From Clostridiaceae bacterium (GTDB lineage: Bacteria; Bacillota; Clostridia; Acetivibrionales; DUMC01): a stretch of DNA of 64,000 nt. The stretch covers positions 30,594 to 94,593 of the forward strand of contig DUMC01000126.1 in NCBI GenBank assembly GCA_012840075.1. The letters run 5' to 3'. The notes beneath the pieces are model-generated. The model did not search any database. It was not told the DNA's origin and was given only the letters and a program-made list of their open reading frames with translations. Below are positions 9,701-19,434 of this stretch, piece after piece (positions within the stretch are counted from its first letter, which is position 1; the number at the start of each line of letters is the position of its first letter). A program made the translations under genes and the position numbers.

Positions 9701-12028
9701 GATGACGGTGATAAAGTAAGTGCCTGGGTAACAATACCTGTAACCACATCGCTTATTGAAATGCCTTTACACATTGAAGCGGTAATTGACTATGAAATCG
9801 CCTTTTTCTGGCAAGCAACGGATCCTGACCTTGGAGCCGAAGATTATACGATCTATATCCTTGGTCCGGAAGATGCGGATTTTAAAGAAGTTAGCAGAAC
9901 AAATGTAACAATTACAAAAGACGGGGATTGGCTTTATGCAAGAATTAGAAAATTGAAATCGGATACCATGTATGCCGTTAAAGTATATGCAGGCAATAAT
10001 AGAACCCGTCCGGTTTATGAAGATGATAATCTTAAAACAAGGGACGGATGTCATGAATTTGAAGTAAGATGGGTAGGTAAAGAAAGATATGATTATGAAA
10101 TTGCTGTTTTAAGAGAAAACGACAGCGAATACATCATATTGGAAGATGAGGATTTGCAACCTTTTGCAGATAGGTACAACAGGGAAATGCCGTATTATGT
10201 GGAGAAAACACCGCAAACAAGAGGAACGGATAACAGCCAGTATCTGGCAAGAGTAAAATCAATCCCTCAAAGACTTCCGGATGGCACTATAGAACACATT
10301 CCTGTCGAATCAAATACAAAATATTATATTAAAGTTAGAGCAGTAAGAGTTGATCCTCTGGATTCAACCATTGTGTCATATTCCAAATACATAGGTCCTG
10401 TATATTTGCGCACGGAGTTCAGCCAGGAAGATTATGACCACAAAGAGGATGAAAAAAAGAAAGAGGATTTATTAAAAAAGAGAATAGATGAGTTTGAGGA
10501 AAAACCATATTGGATTATAAACACTTGGAACAGCTCAGAATTTACCGTTTTGCTTAAAGGAGAAAGAGTTGCAAATTACATCGAGAATACTGCAGGAACT
10601 AACTTTATCCTTGATATTAAAGATATTCCTGAAGAAGCGGAAATAAGCACTATATATATACCTAAAGTTGTAGCGGATACTTTAATATCCGGGAATAAAT
10701 CAATGGATATTAACTTGTTCGGGGGAGTATGGACTTTAAGACCCAGAACCCTGGATGTTCTTAAAACTTCCGGTATAAAAGAAGTTCTGGATAAAAAGGG
10801 AGTTGTTGAACCTATATTTGAATTAAGAATATCTTATACAAACTTAAATAACAGCACAGGCTTAAATAGTAGGTTATATGGCCACCCTCAGAAACTCTTA
10901 AACGAAGAGTATTATGGGTTCCCACAAAATACACAGCTAATTTCACATATATATAATCTTGAACTAAAAGTTGAAGGAATGTCAAAATCATATAAAGCCC
11001 TGGAGGAAAGTATACGGAATAAGTTATACAATAAGGATAGCGGTATGGTTCAAGAAAAAACAGAATATTTTAAAAAGTATAATTCAAGTTTGATAAAAGA
11101 CAATGACAAAATAAATGAGTATATAAACGGTATTGTGCTTCAAATGGAAAAAGAACTGGCAGTATATATACAGAATTTGTTGGATGCGGCAAGAGTTAAG
11201 GACGCAAATAAATATGTAGATAATTTCGGAAGCCCAATGATATTGAAACTTCCATTTATAAATACAGGCGTCAATAACATATCGGCGGAAAACAACGGTA
11301 GAGATATTTATAAAGGCGACTATCCTCAAAGTACAAGTAGCTTAAATGCAAACTATGTGCCAAAAGGTGTAAAGAGTCCTTATGTTTATGAAGAAAGACG
11401 CAATACGTGGATTAAGATCATACAAAATTTAACTTGGAAGGACACCTTTGTTACTTTTACTGCATTAGTTCCGGGTAGATATGCCGTACTTGAAGAAATT
11501 AGGACATACGACGAAATTCCTGCTGATTACCCTGATAGGATGTATATAACAGAATTTATTTCAAAATACGATGTGAATAAAATATTCCAACTGAGCGGAG
11601 GATCTATTTATCTGGAGGAACCGGTATCTGTAAAAGAAGCTATACTCTTGTATGAAGCTGTAATGAACAGAGAATATGAAGCCACTACGACAGATATCAA
11701 GGTTAAAGCAAAAGAGCTTGGAATAGACAATATAATAAACCCAAATACACCTGCCAGGGATGTAACAAGACAACAGGCAGCCGCTCTCGTAGCTAAAGTA
11801 TATAGCATATACGGCGGGGTTGATTTGCAGCGAATAAAAATATCCAAATACGGACTGGCAAAGGATGAGGATAGAATAAATGATAAATTTTATAAGAGCG
11901 TAATGTTCCTTTTGGAAAAAGGTATTATGCGAACCAACAGCACCGGATATTTTGAACCCGATAAAAGCATAAGCCGCGGAGAAATCATGGCAGCTTTTGC
12001 TAAGACACTGGAACAGGTTAAGAGGTAA
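6794..12028 (+). CDS. giant secreted surface protein: signal peptide, about 8-9 FN3-like modules, non-FN3 C-terminal module, SLH-like tail
   Basis: 1744-aa ORF. Signal-like KRKRLKIISLVLVLCFIASYFQPFAATVFA. Recurrent module-start Trp motifs (LTLRWDAV, ITLEWSIP, VTFTWEMP, VKFKWTRL, IAFFWQAT, FEVRWVGK). Recurrent module-end Tyr motifs (VYYMNIKLMF, IYYKIVVKS, IYYVQMYTT, TYYFILKTR, LYYFSIRAV, MYAVKVYAG, KYYIKVRAV). SLH-like C-terminus (FYKSVMFLLEKGIMRTNSTGYFEPDKSISRGEIMAAFAKTLE). The true start is uncertain (see findings). Confidence 0.8.
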   Translation: MFKHDKTDISNNMNNNHISNNIDRRTNIFWRIHETYNPIKLKSVKRKRLKIISLVLVLCFIASYFQPFAATVFAAPRSINVYVDDFSQGKLTLRWDAVAGGNSVKITYHSPISSNPYSKETIILNQTTNKADIPNLLNDIVYDFDIIVYSDINANGMELARGFLYFLPRVTFEAKIIKQNYVDLPGGGREIGIDPGITLEWSIPRVWDETSGEFRYINEDEVIAHMEGKLNEVYSGGTNINKINYRINISTDSTKLNSSPEQAGIIIEPGADDDEFYSYVSGSQDVKSKVRISASTGKMSLDVLGRKDKNAELPPAADYKLPHKDILPGTVYYMNIKLMFFDDTNQPINVLTTGAPKDMNGSPLTGNVSYIFTPIRFQLTRDNYNNVFVKIYRINQGSLDLPRLYYEIQTSDDPTVQGDWMVRRRIDDTYFIGGYANTVISDINPNNEIYYKIVVKSDNVDDRLESSPMPYILYMDTSRPPVPLNVSITEKLPVWQNVTHPITQEEIRVKSTDVTFTWEMPEDFNWNQEKDNLYFHFMISTNQVDLSTSTDLKIDGKYWGTYPVKYRLVRYVSANSPNIMVNGNRISYTLKGFELFKGEGDDGQLNKIIQNPDNYPDFLLPNRIYYVQMYTTRAADAGSTEPDRMSDISIVRSFTTLPEIDQEVPAPLNVVVDKNEIYTDSENNIKNRVELLFNKVNIDWRYYTSDTNKQKAVYYDLYMSTRTASDSFVKIGSTEYTDRDVKFIGADDPTTATVRVSISQFRKDVNKYDPDDNPDTDNDIDPYVIFGSGLKPNTTYYFILKTRLVIEGEKPDKESVATPIVSVTTLKGDIEDPDEEARKPLAPNDFSISTDAEGNLEITGSSVKFKWTRLEESPVYEIICTSERIASDAVLSDYENDPLYKSFIAHYGNKDSDGKSNTFILDPEKDLNTGNFKDKFLYDNTTGTFTLLIDEWIYPNRLYYFSIRAVIRDDDGDKVSAWVTIPVTTSLIEMPLHIEAVIDYEIAFFWQATDPDLGAEDYTIYILGPEDADFKEVSRTNVTITKDGDWLYARIRKLKSDTMYAVKVYAGNNRTRPVYEDDNLKTRDGCHEFEVRWVGKERYDYEIAVLRENDSEYIILEDEDLQPFADRYNREMPYYVEKTPQTRGTDNSQYLARVKSIPQRLPDGTIEHIPVESNTKYYIKVRAVRVDPLDSTIVSYSKYIGPVYLRTEFSQEDYDHKEDEKKKEDLLKKRIDEFEEKPYWIINTWNSSEFTVLLKGERVANYIENTAGTNFILDIKDIPEEAEISTIYIPKVVADTLISGNKSMDINLFGGVWTLRPRTLDVLKTSGIKEVLDKKGVVEPIFELRISYTNLNNSTGLNSRLYGHPQKLLNEEYYGFPQNTQLISHIYNLELKVEGMSKSYKALEESIRNKLYNKDSGMVQEKTEYFKKYNSSLIKDNDKINEYINGIVLQMEKELAVYIQNLLDAARVKDANKYVDNFGSPMILKLPFINTGVNNISAENNGRDIYKGDYPQSTSSLNANYVPKGVKSPYVYEERRNTWIKIIQNLTWKDTFVTFTALVPGRYAVLEEIRTYDEIPADYPDRMYITEFISKYDVNKIFQLSGGSIYLEEPVSVKEAILLYEAVMNREYEATTTDIKVKAKELGIDNIINPNTPARDVTRQQAAALVAKVYSIYGGVDLQRIKISKYGLAKDEDRINDKFYKSVMFLLEKGIMRTNSTGYFEPDKSISRGEIMAAFAKTLEQVKR

Positions 12029-12167
12029 TTATAACAGTTCGGGTGCATTTAACAAATATTTCTTCACATAAATTAAACGCACTCTACCAAATCCGCAGAC
12101 TAACTTAAGTCTGGCTCTTTAAACATTAGGTCGCTTAACACATTAAAAAGGAGGAAAAAGAATCATA

Positions 12168-15100
12168 ATGGCAAATATGAGGGGAACTAGAAGAAAAATA
12201 GCTTTGATCACAATCTTAGCTATGTTAGGTTCAATAGCAGGTACTTTATTACCGCACCCGGTTGGGATTTCACATGTTTTTGCAGCGGATATTCCTGTGC
12301 AGCCTGAGCCTGAAAGGCTGAGAATAGAGCCGATTTATGATACCGAACCTAATGTGCAGCCGCCCATAGGTTATAATGAATATGACGAGTATTATGTCGA
12401 TTTAAAATGGGATCCCTTAAGAAATCCTGTACCTAATATAGCTATTAATAAATATATGAATTTCTACTTGCAGGAAGTTACTAAGCCTTATATGCCTGCA
12501 AAACCGGTTATTTTAAAAGAGAGGGATATTCTTGCGGATAATGTTACTTCATTAAGAATGAGAAGACTTACTTCAGGTACAATTTACTATACTTACGCAA
12601 GAGCTTATTATACATATAGAGACGAGCTTAACGGAAATATATACAAAAGCCCGGAATCCGCTCCTTCAAACACCGTTAAGTTTTTGACGGATATAAATTT
12701 GGAAGCATACCCCTATGGCATAAAGCAAATAAAAATAGTTTGGGATGACGTATGGACTACTACCGGAAGAATTAATTACAGGTTATACGTTTCGGAAGAT
12801 AAAAGCTTTACAAATACACCCCCTATTTATATAGAAAGCACTGATATAGGAGAAGGAAGGCCCGTATCTGTAAATGAAGATACCGGCAAGCTTGAGTATA
12901 TCCATACTGTCAGGGATGCCGGAAGGGTTTATTATATAAAAATCGTGCCTGATATTGTTGATCCGGAACTTAAATATTCCAAAGAGAGCAACATTGTGGC
13001 TGTAAGCAGTTATATACTTGCCAGAACGACCAAAATAGCTTCCACTCCCGAAGGTAATATATGGAGGATAGAGTGGAGTCCTGTAGTAACTGGTCTTAAT
13101 ACAGGGGATATAACAATTACTTATCAGATATACAGAGGTATTCTGGATTCTTCAGAATTTCCAACTTACATGGCAGCAGTGGATGATACGACTTTTATTA
13201 CTACACTCTCTCCTCAAGATGAAAACATTTATTATTTTATAATAAGAGCATCCGTAACCAGAAACGGGGAGGATCTTTATCCGGGAATAAGGATAGAATC
13301 TGACAAGATCATTATAAAAGAATCGGAGGTGCCGGCTGTTCCCATTAAACCGGAATTGGTTAATGAATTTAGGGGAAAAGCGGACAACGTAATAATAAGC
13401 TATGAAGATGAACTAAAACCTGATGAAGCAACAGTGTTATGGAGATTCCCTGAGACGGGAGAAGGCAAGGTAGATAGTAATGTAGTTTATGACATGTGGC
13501 TTATAAAAGATCCAAACACGATAAATAACCCGGCACCGGAGGATAAAATAGCTGATTCCTTGGCTATGAGACAATCAAACTATGTCATGGACGGAAGCGA
13601 TTTGATTGGTTACAAATACACAATATCAAATCTTGAACCGAATACCGTATATTACTTCAAAATAGTGGCCAAAAAAACATTTATACAGTATAACGAAGAT
13701 GGCTTTTTAGAAGAGGTAACACTGGTTTCGGAACCTGCAATAAGAATTATAAAAACGCCTTCCGAAGATATAACCGACCGGCCCGTAGCACCGGGAAGGC
13801 CTCCTCTAAGATTAAAAAAAGATCCGCAAAGGCCGGGTAAATACCTAATTACGGAAACAACTGCGGTAATACAACTAAAAAACAAATGGTATGAGCATTA
13901 CAATACAGAAACCGGAAAATGGGAGTATATTGAACCTCAGGATATAGACCCAAGCATTTTGAATGCGTTGGAAAAAGGTGAACACATAGAAAACTACAGA
14001 ATCGTTGAATATGACAGCGGAGTGACAATTGACGTTGGTTGCGTGGAATATAAGGAGGATATGACATATAACGACTTATATAATTTACCGGCAGATAAAG
14101 TAAAGAATTTTCCTACAACGCCTAATGATCCTTATGAAGATGCCGGCTTAAATCCGGATGGTAAAAAGCATAATATTGATATAGCAATATCAGGACTTAA
14201 ACCTAATACCTCTTATGTTATTTGGGTGAGGGCGGTAAGAGCTGAATATGATTTAATGTCTGATCCTTCGGATCCTATAATAATAACAACAAACCCTGAA
14301 ATTCCCATTCATACTCCAAAACCTACGGTACCTGTATTTACTTACTATATAGCGGGAGATGATTTTGTAAGTCTTGCTTGGGATTTTAAGGTTGGATATA
14401 CATATTATATAAAATACGGAACAGTTGACGATATTGACTCTGCAAAGGAAGAGATAGAGATTAAACCCGAAGATTTATTCTATTCTACATACTACACCAT
14501 TACAGGTTTAGAACAGCAGACGATGTATTATTTTTGGATAAGGGCTGAAATTGAGGCTACTCCTTCTCCCGGGACCCCGGGAAGTACTCCGTCAGAGAGA
14601 ATAAGCTCCGATTGGAGTGATTCTTTGGCTGTAAGGACTTTACCATATGTTCCTCCTGAGACACCAAAAGGCTTCGGAGTAAAGAACACAGATGATGCAA
14701 TTACTATAGATAGTATTACTTATGAATGGATTCCTGAAGATAATCCTAATATCGAATATATCCTTGAAATTTCTGAGAATCCCGAATTTGAAGACTCAGT
14801 TGAGATAAATGTAGGGAAAGTGTCAGAATACAAAGTAAGCGGACTTAGATCGAATTTTAGGTATTATGCAAGACTGTATGCTTATGATACAAAGAAAGAA
14901 TTGAGATCCGAACCCACTCAACCGGTAATAGCCAGAACGCTGCGAAGCAGGGCAGATTATGACTCCGATGAATATGTAGAAGATGTTATAAAAGGCGAAT
15001 ATATAGTGAAAGAGTATGTTAAAAAAGATGACCTGCTAAATGTATACATCCAAGGTGTTAATGCGGACAGGTTCGTAGAAGACATGAGAAATGATGATAT

Positions 15101-16163
15101 TGTTGATTACGTAATTGATTTATTTGACGCCCCGAAGACAACAAAGTATATAAGGCTTGTAATTTCAAACAAGGTGTTCGAAGCGATGGAGCAGCTAAAA
15201 GAAAATATAATAGCCGTATATCCCGGAAATAAGTTGACTTTAACTTACGGAATGTTCCGAAATACGGACGGAACAATTGGTTTAAATGAATTAGATAACT
15301 TTGACTATGAAGTTATAATTTCTTTGAGTACATCTAATAGAATGAATATTGAGCAGGATAAATATGCAAAACTTAAAGCAGACCCTGTTGGTATAAAAGC
15401 AGGGGCTATGAAAGGACAGCTATATATTCCTTATTACAGCTTTAACAGACCTGCAAAACTAATATATGAATCTTTCGAATCATATGAAATTATTCAGGAA
15501 TATCAGGATAATCTAACCGGGGTAATATATGATCATGGACTTGGAAGATGGGAAAAAATAGGTTTGAAAACTTCGTATGAGCCCAACAGCGATTTGTGGC
15601 AGTTCATAATTGATGTAAATATACCCGGTGAATATGCCTTGGCTTTTTATTCCAGGGATGTTTTTGATGATATAAGTGCCAGCAGATATCGCGATCAAAT
15701 AAATAATGTTGCATCAGTCCATACTTTAAAAAGCGTAAAAGGTAGGTTGTTCTTCCCAGGAAACGAACTTTCAATAGAGGATGCTGTAAAACTGGCTTTG
15801 GATGTAATGGACTATGATTATGATGATCAGTACCTGAGAGCAGCTTACAGGAGCAGTATTATACAAATTGATGATATGGAAAATCCATACAAGGGTTGTA
15901 CACGGGAAAAAGCACTGGCAATAGCAGCCAGGTTGTACGAACTAAAAACCGGGGAGAAAGCAGCACCCAGTTCCACGGATGTATACCCGTTTAAAGACAT
16001 GGATAAGGTTTCTCCTCATCTCTTTAACAAAGTGCTATTTGCCGCGCAGAACGGATTTATGTCAGACAGATACAGTGACATGCTAAACCCTGATGAAGTA
16101 ATATTAAGAGGGGAATTTATAGGGATCCTTGAAAAAGTATTGAAATTAGCCGGTGAAATTTAA
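12168..16163 (+). CDS. giant secreted surface protein, paralogue of the upstream gene: signal peptide, about 7 FN3-like modules, SLH-like tail
   Basis: 1331-aa ORF. AGGAGG lies 12 nt upstream of the ATG. Signal peptide RRKIALITILAMLGSIAGTLL...VFAADIP. Same Trp/Tyr module punctuation as the upstream gene (VDLKWDPL, IKIVWDDV, WRIEWSPV, VSLAWDFK, ITYEWIPE; VYYIKIVPD, IYYFIIRAS, VYYFKIVAK, SYVIWVRAV, MYYFWIRAE). The C-terminal module parallels the upstream protein (ADYDSDEY vs EDYDHKED; IPGEYALA vs VPGRYAVL). SLH-like end (FKDMDKVSPHLFNKVLFAAQNGFM...ILRGEFIGILEKVL). Confidence 0.85.
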   Translation: MANMRGTRRKIALITILAMLGSIAGTLLPHPVGISHVFAADIPVQPEPERLRIEPIYDTEPNVQPPIGYNEYDEYYVDLKWDPLRNPVPNIAINKYMNFYLQEVTKPYMPAKPVILKERDILADNVTSLRMRRLTSGTIYYTYARAYYTYRDELNGNIYKSPESAPSNTVKFLTDINLEAYPYGIKQIKIVWDDVWTTTGRINYRLYVSEDKSFTNTPPIYIESTDIGEGRPVSVNEDTGKLEYIHTVRDAGRVYYIKIVPDIVDPELKYSKESNIVAVSSYILARTTKIASTPEGNIWRIEWSPVVTGLNTGDITITYQIYRGILDSSEFPTYMAAVDDTTFITTLSPQDENIYYFIIRASVTRNGEDLYPGIRIESDKIIIKESEVPAVPIKPELVNEFRGKADNVIISYEDELKPDEATVLWRFPETGEGKVDSNVVYDMWLIKDPNTINNPAPEDKIADSLAMRQSNYVMDGSDLIGYKYTISNLEPNTVYYFKIVAKKTFIQYNEDGFLEEVTLVSEPAIRIIKTPSEDITDRPVAPGRPPLRLKKDPQRPGKYLITETTAVIQLKNKWYEHYNTETGKWEYIEPQDIDPSILNALEKGEHIENYRIVEYDSGVTIDVGCVEYKEDMTYNDLYNLPADKVKNFPTTPNDPYEDAGLNPDGKKHNIDIAISGLKPNTSYVIWVRAVRAEYDLMSDPSDPIIITTNPEIPIHTPKPTVPVFTYYIAGDDFVSLAWDFKVGYTYYIKYGTVDDIDSAKEEIEIKPEDLFYSTYYTITGLEQQTMYYFWIRAEIEATPSPGTPGSTPSERISSDWSDSLAVRTLPYVPPETPKGFGVKNTDDAITIDSITYEWIPEDNPNIEYILEISENPEFEDSVEINVGKVSEYKVSGLRSNFRYYARLYAYDTKKELRSEPTQPVIARTLRSRADYDSDEYVEDVIKGEYIVKEYVKKDDLLNVYIQGVNADRFVEDMRNDDIVDYVIDLFDAPKTTKYIRLVISNKVFEAMEQLKENIIAVYPGNKLTLTYGMFRNTDGTIGLNELDNFDYEVIISLSTSNRMNIEQDKYAKLKADPVGIKAGAMKGQLYIPYYSFNRPAKLIYESFESYEIIQEYQDNLTGVIYDHGLGRWEKIGLKTSYEPNSDLWQFIIDVNIPGEYALAFYSRDVFDDISASRYRDQINNVASVHTLKSVKGRLFFPGNELSIEDAVKLALDVMDYDYDDQYLRAAYRSSIIQIDDMENPYKGCTREKALAIAARLYELKTGEKAAPSSTDVYPFKDMDKVSPHLFNKVLFAAQNGFMSDRYSDMLNPDEVILRGEFIGILEKVLKLAGEI

Positions 16164-16468
16164 CGAATGAGTGTTCCTATATGGTAAGTATCGTTGTAAG
16201 AATTTTCCTTGACATATATGGAAAAATATTCCATAAGGTCAAACCTAATGCATGAAATACCACACTATCAATTATTAAACTTTACTTAAAAATTTTACAA
16301 TGTATATCCCTTCTTTCAGGAGGCAATAATCATACTAGAATATATGCTTCAAAGATTTTAACGTGCTTTTTTAACAGGTTTTACAGCTTTTGACGTTGGT
16401 GACTTGCGTATTAGTGATGTATGTTTTGTTATACATTTTATTATTATGATTTTTAAAAGGGGATATAC

Positions 16469-16552
16469 ATGAGAAAAGTATTTTTTCTATATACATTTAT
16501 TGTTTATATAACTATAATTATTATGCTGGTATTATTTACTTTTAAATTTTGA
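16469..16552 (+). CDS. candidate 27-aa hydrophobic micro-protein upstream of murA
   Basis: AAAAGGGGA, 5 nt, then ATG 16469. Translation is MRKVFFLYTFIVYITIIIMLVLFTFKF*, a single predicted TM helix. Too short to be in the ORF track. There is no homology evidence. Confidence 0.2.
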   Translation: MRKVFFLYTFIVYITIIIMLVLFTFKF

Positions 16553-16690
16553 TTTGAATATTTATAATTTGAATATTCACAATTAGGATGTTCATGATTT
16601 GGATATTCTAGATATTTGCAGTGCTTTTTCAGTGCTCTGAAGAAGCACTTATATATTGTTTTAAAATTTTAATAATAAAAGGAGAAAACA

Positions 16691-17950
16691 ATGGCTAAGT
16701 TCATTATAAATCAAACAAAAGAATTAAAAGGAAAGATAAAGATAAGCGGGGCAAAAAACTCTGCATTACCGATTATAGCGGCTTCCCTTTTAACGGAAGG
16801 TGAAACCGTAATTGAAGAAGTGCCAAATTTGAGCGATGTAAAAACTATGTGCGAATTAGTCAAAGTTTTGGGTGTTAAGGTTAAATTTATTGAAGAGAGC
16901 AACATGCTTGTAATTTGCGCTGATAGCATAACAAATACAGTTGCCCCATACGAACTTGTACATAAAATGAGAGCTTCTTTTCTTCTTGCAGGTCCTCTCC
17001 TTGCAAGAAACGGATACGCAAAGATTCCGCTGCCGGGAGGATGCGCCATAGGAACAAGACCGGTCGATCTTCATTTGAAAGGTCTTGCAGCTTTAGGTGC
17101 TCAAATAAACCAAGGACATGGAGATGTGGAAGTTAAAGCAAAGAGACGCTTGAAAGGTACCAAAATATACTTAGATTTTCCAAGTGTCGGTGCTACTGAA
17201 AATATATTGATGGCTGCAGTCCTGGCAGAAGGGCAAACTATAATAGAAAATGCAGCGACTGAGCCTGAAGTTGTTGACCTGGCATCATACTTGATCTCCA
17301 TGGGTGCTGATGTTAAAGGTGCAGGTACGGATACGATTAAAATAAACGGAGTAGATAAATTAAAACCAACGAAATATACAATTATTCCTGACAGGATTGA
17401 AGCAGGAACCTTTATGGCAGCTACAGCAATTACCGGGGGTGATATAGTACTTGAAAATGTTGTGCCTGATCATCTAAAGCCTGTGAGTGCAAAATTAAGA
17501 GAAGCGGGTGTTGAAATATCAGAGGAACTTACAAGTATTCGTGTTACTTCTTCAGGCAAATTAAAGGCTGTTGATATAAAAACACATCCATATCCGGGTT
17601 TCCCCACTGATATGCAGGCACAAATGACTTCAGTTATGTCCAGGGCCAAGGGAACCAGCATGATAGTTGAAACAATTTTTGAAAATCGTTTCATGCATGT
17701 AGGTGAATTGAAAAGGATGGGTGCAAATATAAGAATTGATGGCAGAAGCGCCGTTATAGAAGGTAAATCAAAACTTATGGGAACCCAGGTTAAGGCTACC
17801 GATCTTAGAGCAGGAGCAGCTTTGATAATTGCAGGACTTGCTGCGGAAGGAACAACTGAAGTTGAAAATATTGAACATGTAGACAGGGGATATGTAAAAA
17901 TTGACGAAAAACTTAGGGCATTAGGTGTGGAGATCTACAGGGTAGAGTAA
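16691..17950 (+). CDS. murA: UDP-N-acetylglucosamine 1-carboxyvinyltransferase
   Basis: 419 aa. AAGGAGA RBS. Motifs KISGAKNSALPIIAASLL, an active-site Cys loop LPGGCAIGTRPVDLHL, and PYPGFPTDMQAQM, all typical of MurA. Confidence 0.95.
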   Translation: MAKFIINQTKELKGKIKISGAKNSALPIIAASLLTEGETVIEEVPNLSDVKTMCELVKVLGVKVKFIEESNMLVICADSITNTVAPYELVHKMRASFLLAGPLLARNGYAKIPLPGGCAIGTRPVDLHLKGLAALGAQINQGHGDVEVKAKRRLKGTKIYLDFPSVGATENILMAAVLAEGQTIIENAATEPEVVDLASYLISMGADVKGAGTDTIKINGVDKLKPTKYTIIPDRIEAGTFMAATAITGGDIVLENVVPDHLKPVSAKLREAGVEISEELTSIRVTSSGKLKAVDIKTHPYPGFPTDMQAQMTSVMSRAKGTSMIVETIFENRFMHVGELKRMGANIRIDGRSAVIEGKSKLMGTQVKATDLRAGAALIIAGLAAEGTTEVENIEHVDRGYVKIDEKLRALGVEIYRVE

Positions 17951-18213
17951 TAGCATAGTATAGTGTAGAGTGGAGTAATAGCATGGGATTTGCTTCGATG
18001 TAGTTATATGTTAACTCCTGTAGTAATCATAAATATATTAACCTAGGTAGTAGTCATAAATTAGCTCCGGTAAAAATATATATTTTAAATGTAAGAACCC
18101 GACAGTAATTGCAAAAAGCAGAGCATCAAAAAATTTATAGGCATAAATTAGCTGCTGTACTAAAATTTAACTGATTTACTAAAATAAAAAATATATTTAC
18201 TACCGGAGCGGAT

Positions 18214-19341
18214 ATGAAAAGATTAATTTATTATACGTTGGTAATTGTTACAGTTATAATAATTTTACCCGGGCTTATTGTAAAAAGCTGCAGCTTTGTT
18301 TTTATTCATCAAAAGAATGGACAGGTTGCCGGTAAAGATTACAAATCAACAAATCAGGATGAAAGAAACATGAGTGGTAAAAAAAACCATGATGATTCTG
18401 ATAATAGCATTTATTTTGAAGATGTCAGCAGTATATATTGGGCAGACAATAGGATAAAAGTATTATTTGATGATAAAAGTATAAGGGAGTTAGATCTGGA
18501 AGAATATGTAACAAGTGTTGTAGCTGCTGAGATGCCTGCGGAATTTGAAGCTGAAGCTTTAAAGGCTCAAGCTGTAGCTGCGAGGACGTTTGCTTATGCA
18601 AGGCAAAAGGGTCTTTACAAAGGGAAAGAAGATGCACACCCTAATGCACATGTGTGTACTGATTTTACTCACTGCCAGGCATGGATAAGCAAAGAGGAAG
18701 CTTTGAAAAAATGGCCGTCAGATGAGGCTGAAGCTATGTGGAATAAAATAGAAAATGCTGTCAAAGATACTCAAGGAATGATAATTGTATACAACGGAAC
18801 TATTGCCAATGCCGTATTTCATTCAACCAGCGGAGGCAAGACTGAAAATGCAGAAGACGTGTGGAATGTAGGTCCTGTTGATTATTTAAAAAGCGTTGTA
18901 AGCGAAGGTGAAGAAGCAAGCCCTTCTTTTAAAACGGTCACAACTCTGACTATAAAAGAATTTTGCAATATATTAAAGTCTCATTATCCTAATATAAAGA
19001 TAAGCGAAAGTGATATATTTGGTGATATTAGGATACTGGAATATACGGAAGGGGACAGGGTCAAAACCATAAAAATCGGGAATATGACATTGAAGGGAAC
19101 GGACGTGAGAAATATTTTTTCATTGAAATCAGCCAATTTCAAGTTAGAAAAATACGGTACAGATAAAATAATGATTACCACATACGGTTACGGACACGGA
19201 GTAGGCATGAGTCAGTGGGGAGCTAACAATATGGCTCAAAAAGGTGCTAACTGGGAAGATATCATTAAACATTATTATGTAGGTGTGGATATAGATACCA
19301 TTGATAATATAGAATATTTACTTTCAACAAACAAGGAATAG
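18214..19341 (+). CDS. spoIID: stage II sporulation protein D (SpoIID/LytB-domain lytic transglycosylase)
   Basis: 375 aa. N-terminal TM helix. SpoIID blocks EEYVTSVVAAEMPAEFEAEALKAQAVAARTFA, AVFHSTSGGKTENAEDVW and GYGHGVGMSQWGANNMA. Classical position just downstream of murA. Confidence 0.9.
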   Translation: MKRLIYYTLVIVTVIIILPGLIVKSCSFVFIHQKNGQVAGKDYKSTNQDERNMSGKKNHDDSDNSIYFEDVSSIYWADNRIKVLFDDKSIRELDLEEYVTSVVAAEMPAEFEAEALKAQAVAARTFAYARQKGLYKGKEDAHPNAHVCTDFTHCQAWISKEEALKKWPSDEAEAMWNKIENAVKDTQGMIIVYNGTIANAVFHSTSGGKTENAEDVWNVGPVDYLKSVVSEGEEASPSFKTVTTLTIKEFCNILKSHYPNIKISESDIFGDIRILEYTEGDRVKTIKIGNMTLKGTDVRNIFSLKSANFKLEKYGTDKIMITTYGYGHGVGMSQWGANNMAQKGANWEDIIKHYYVGVDIDTIDNIEYLLSTNKE

Positions 19342-19434
19342 GGAGCTAAAAAACTGAATAACAGGTTAAAATTTCTATCTTCATATGTATATTGTTGCCA
19401 TATTCGGCAACAATATTATATGGAGGTGGAAGCT

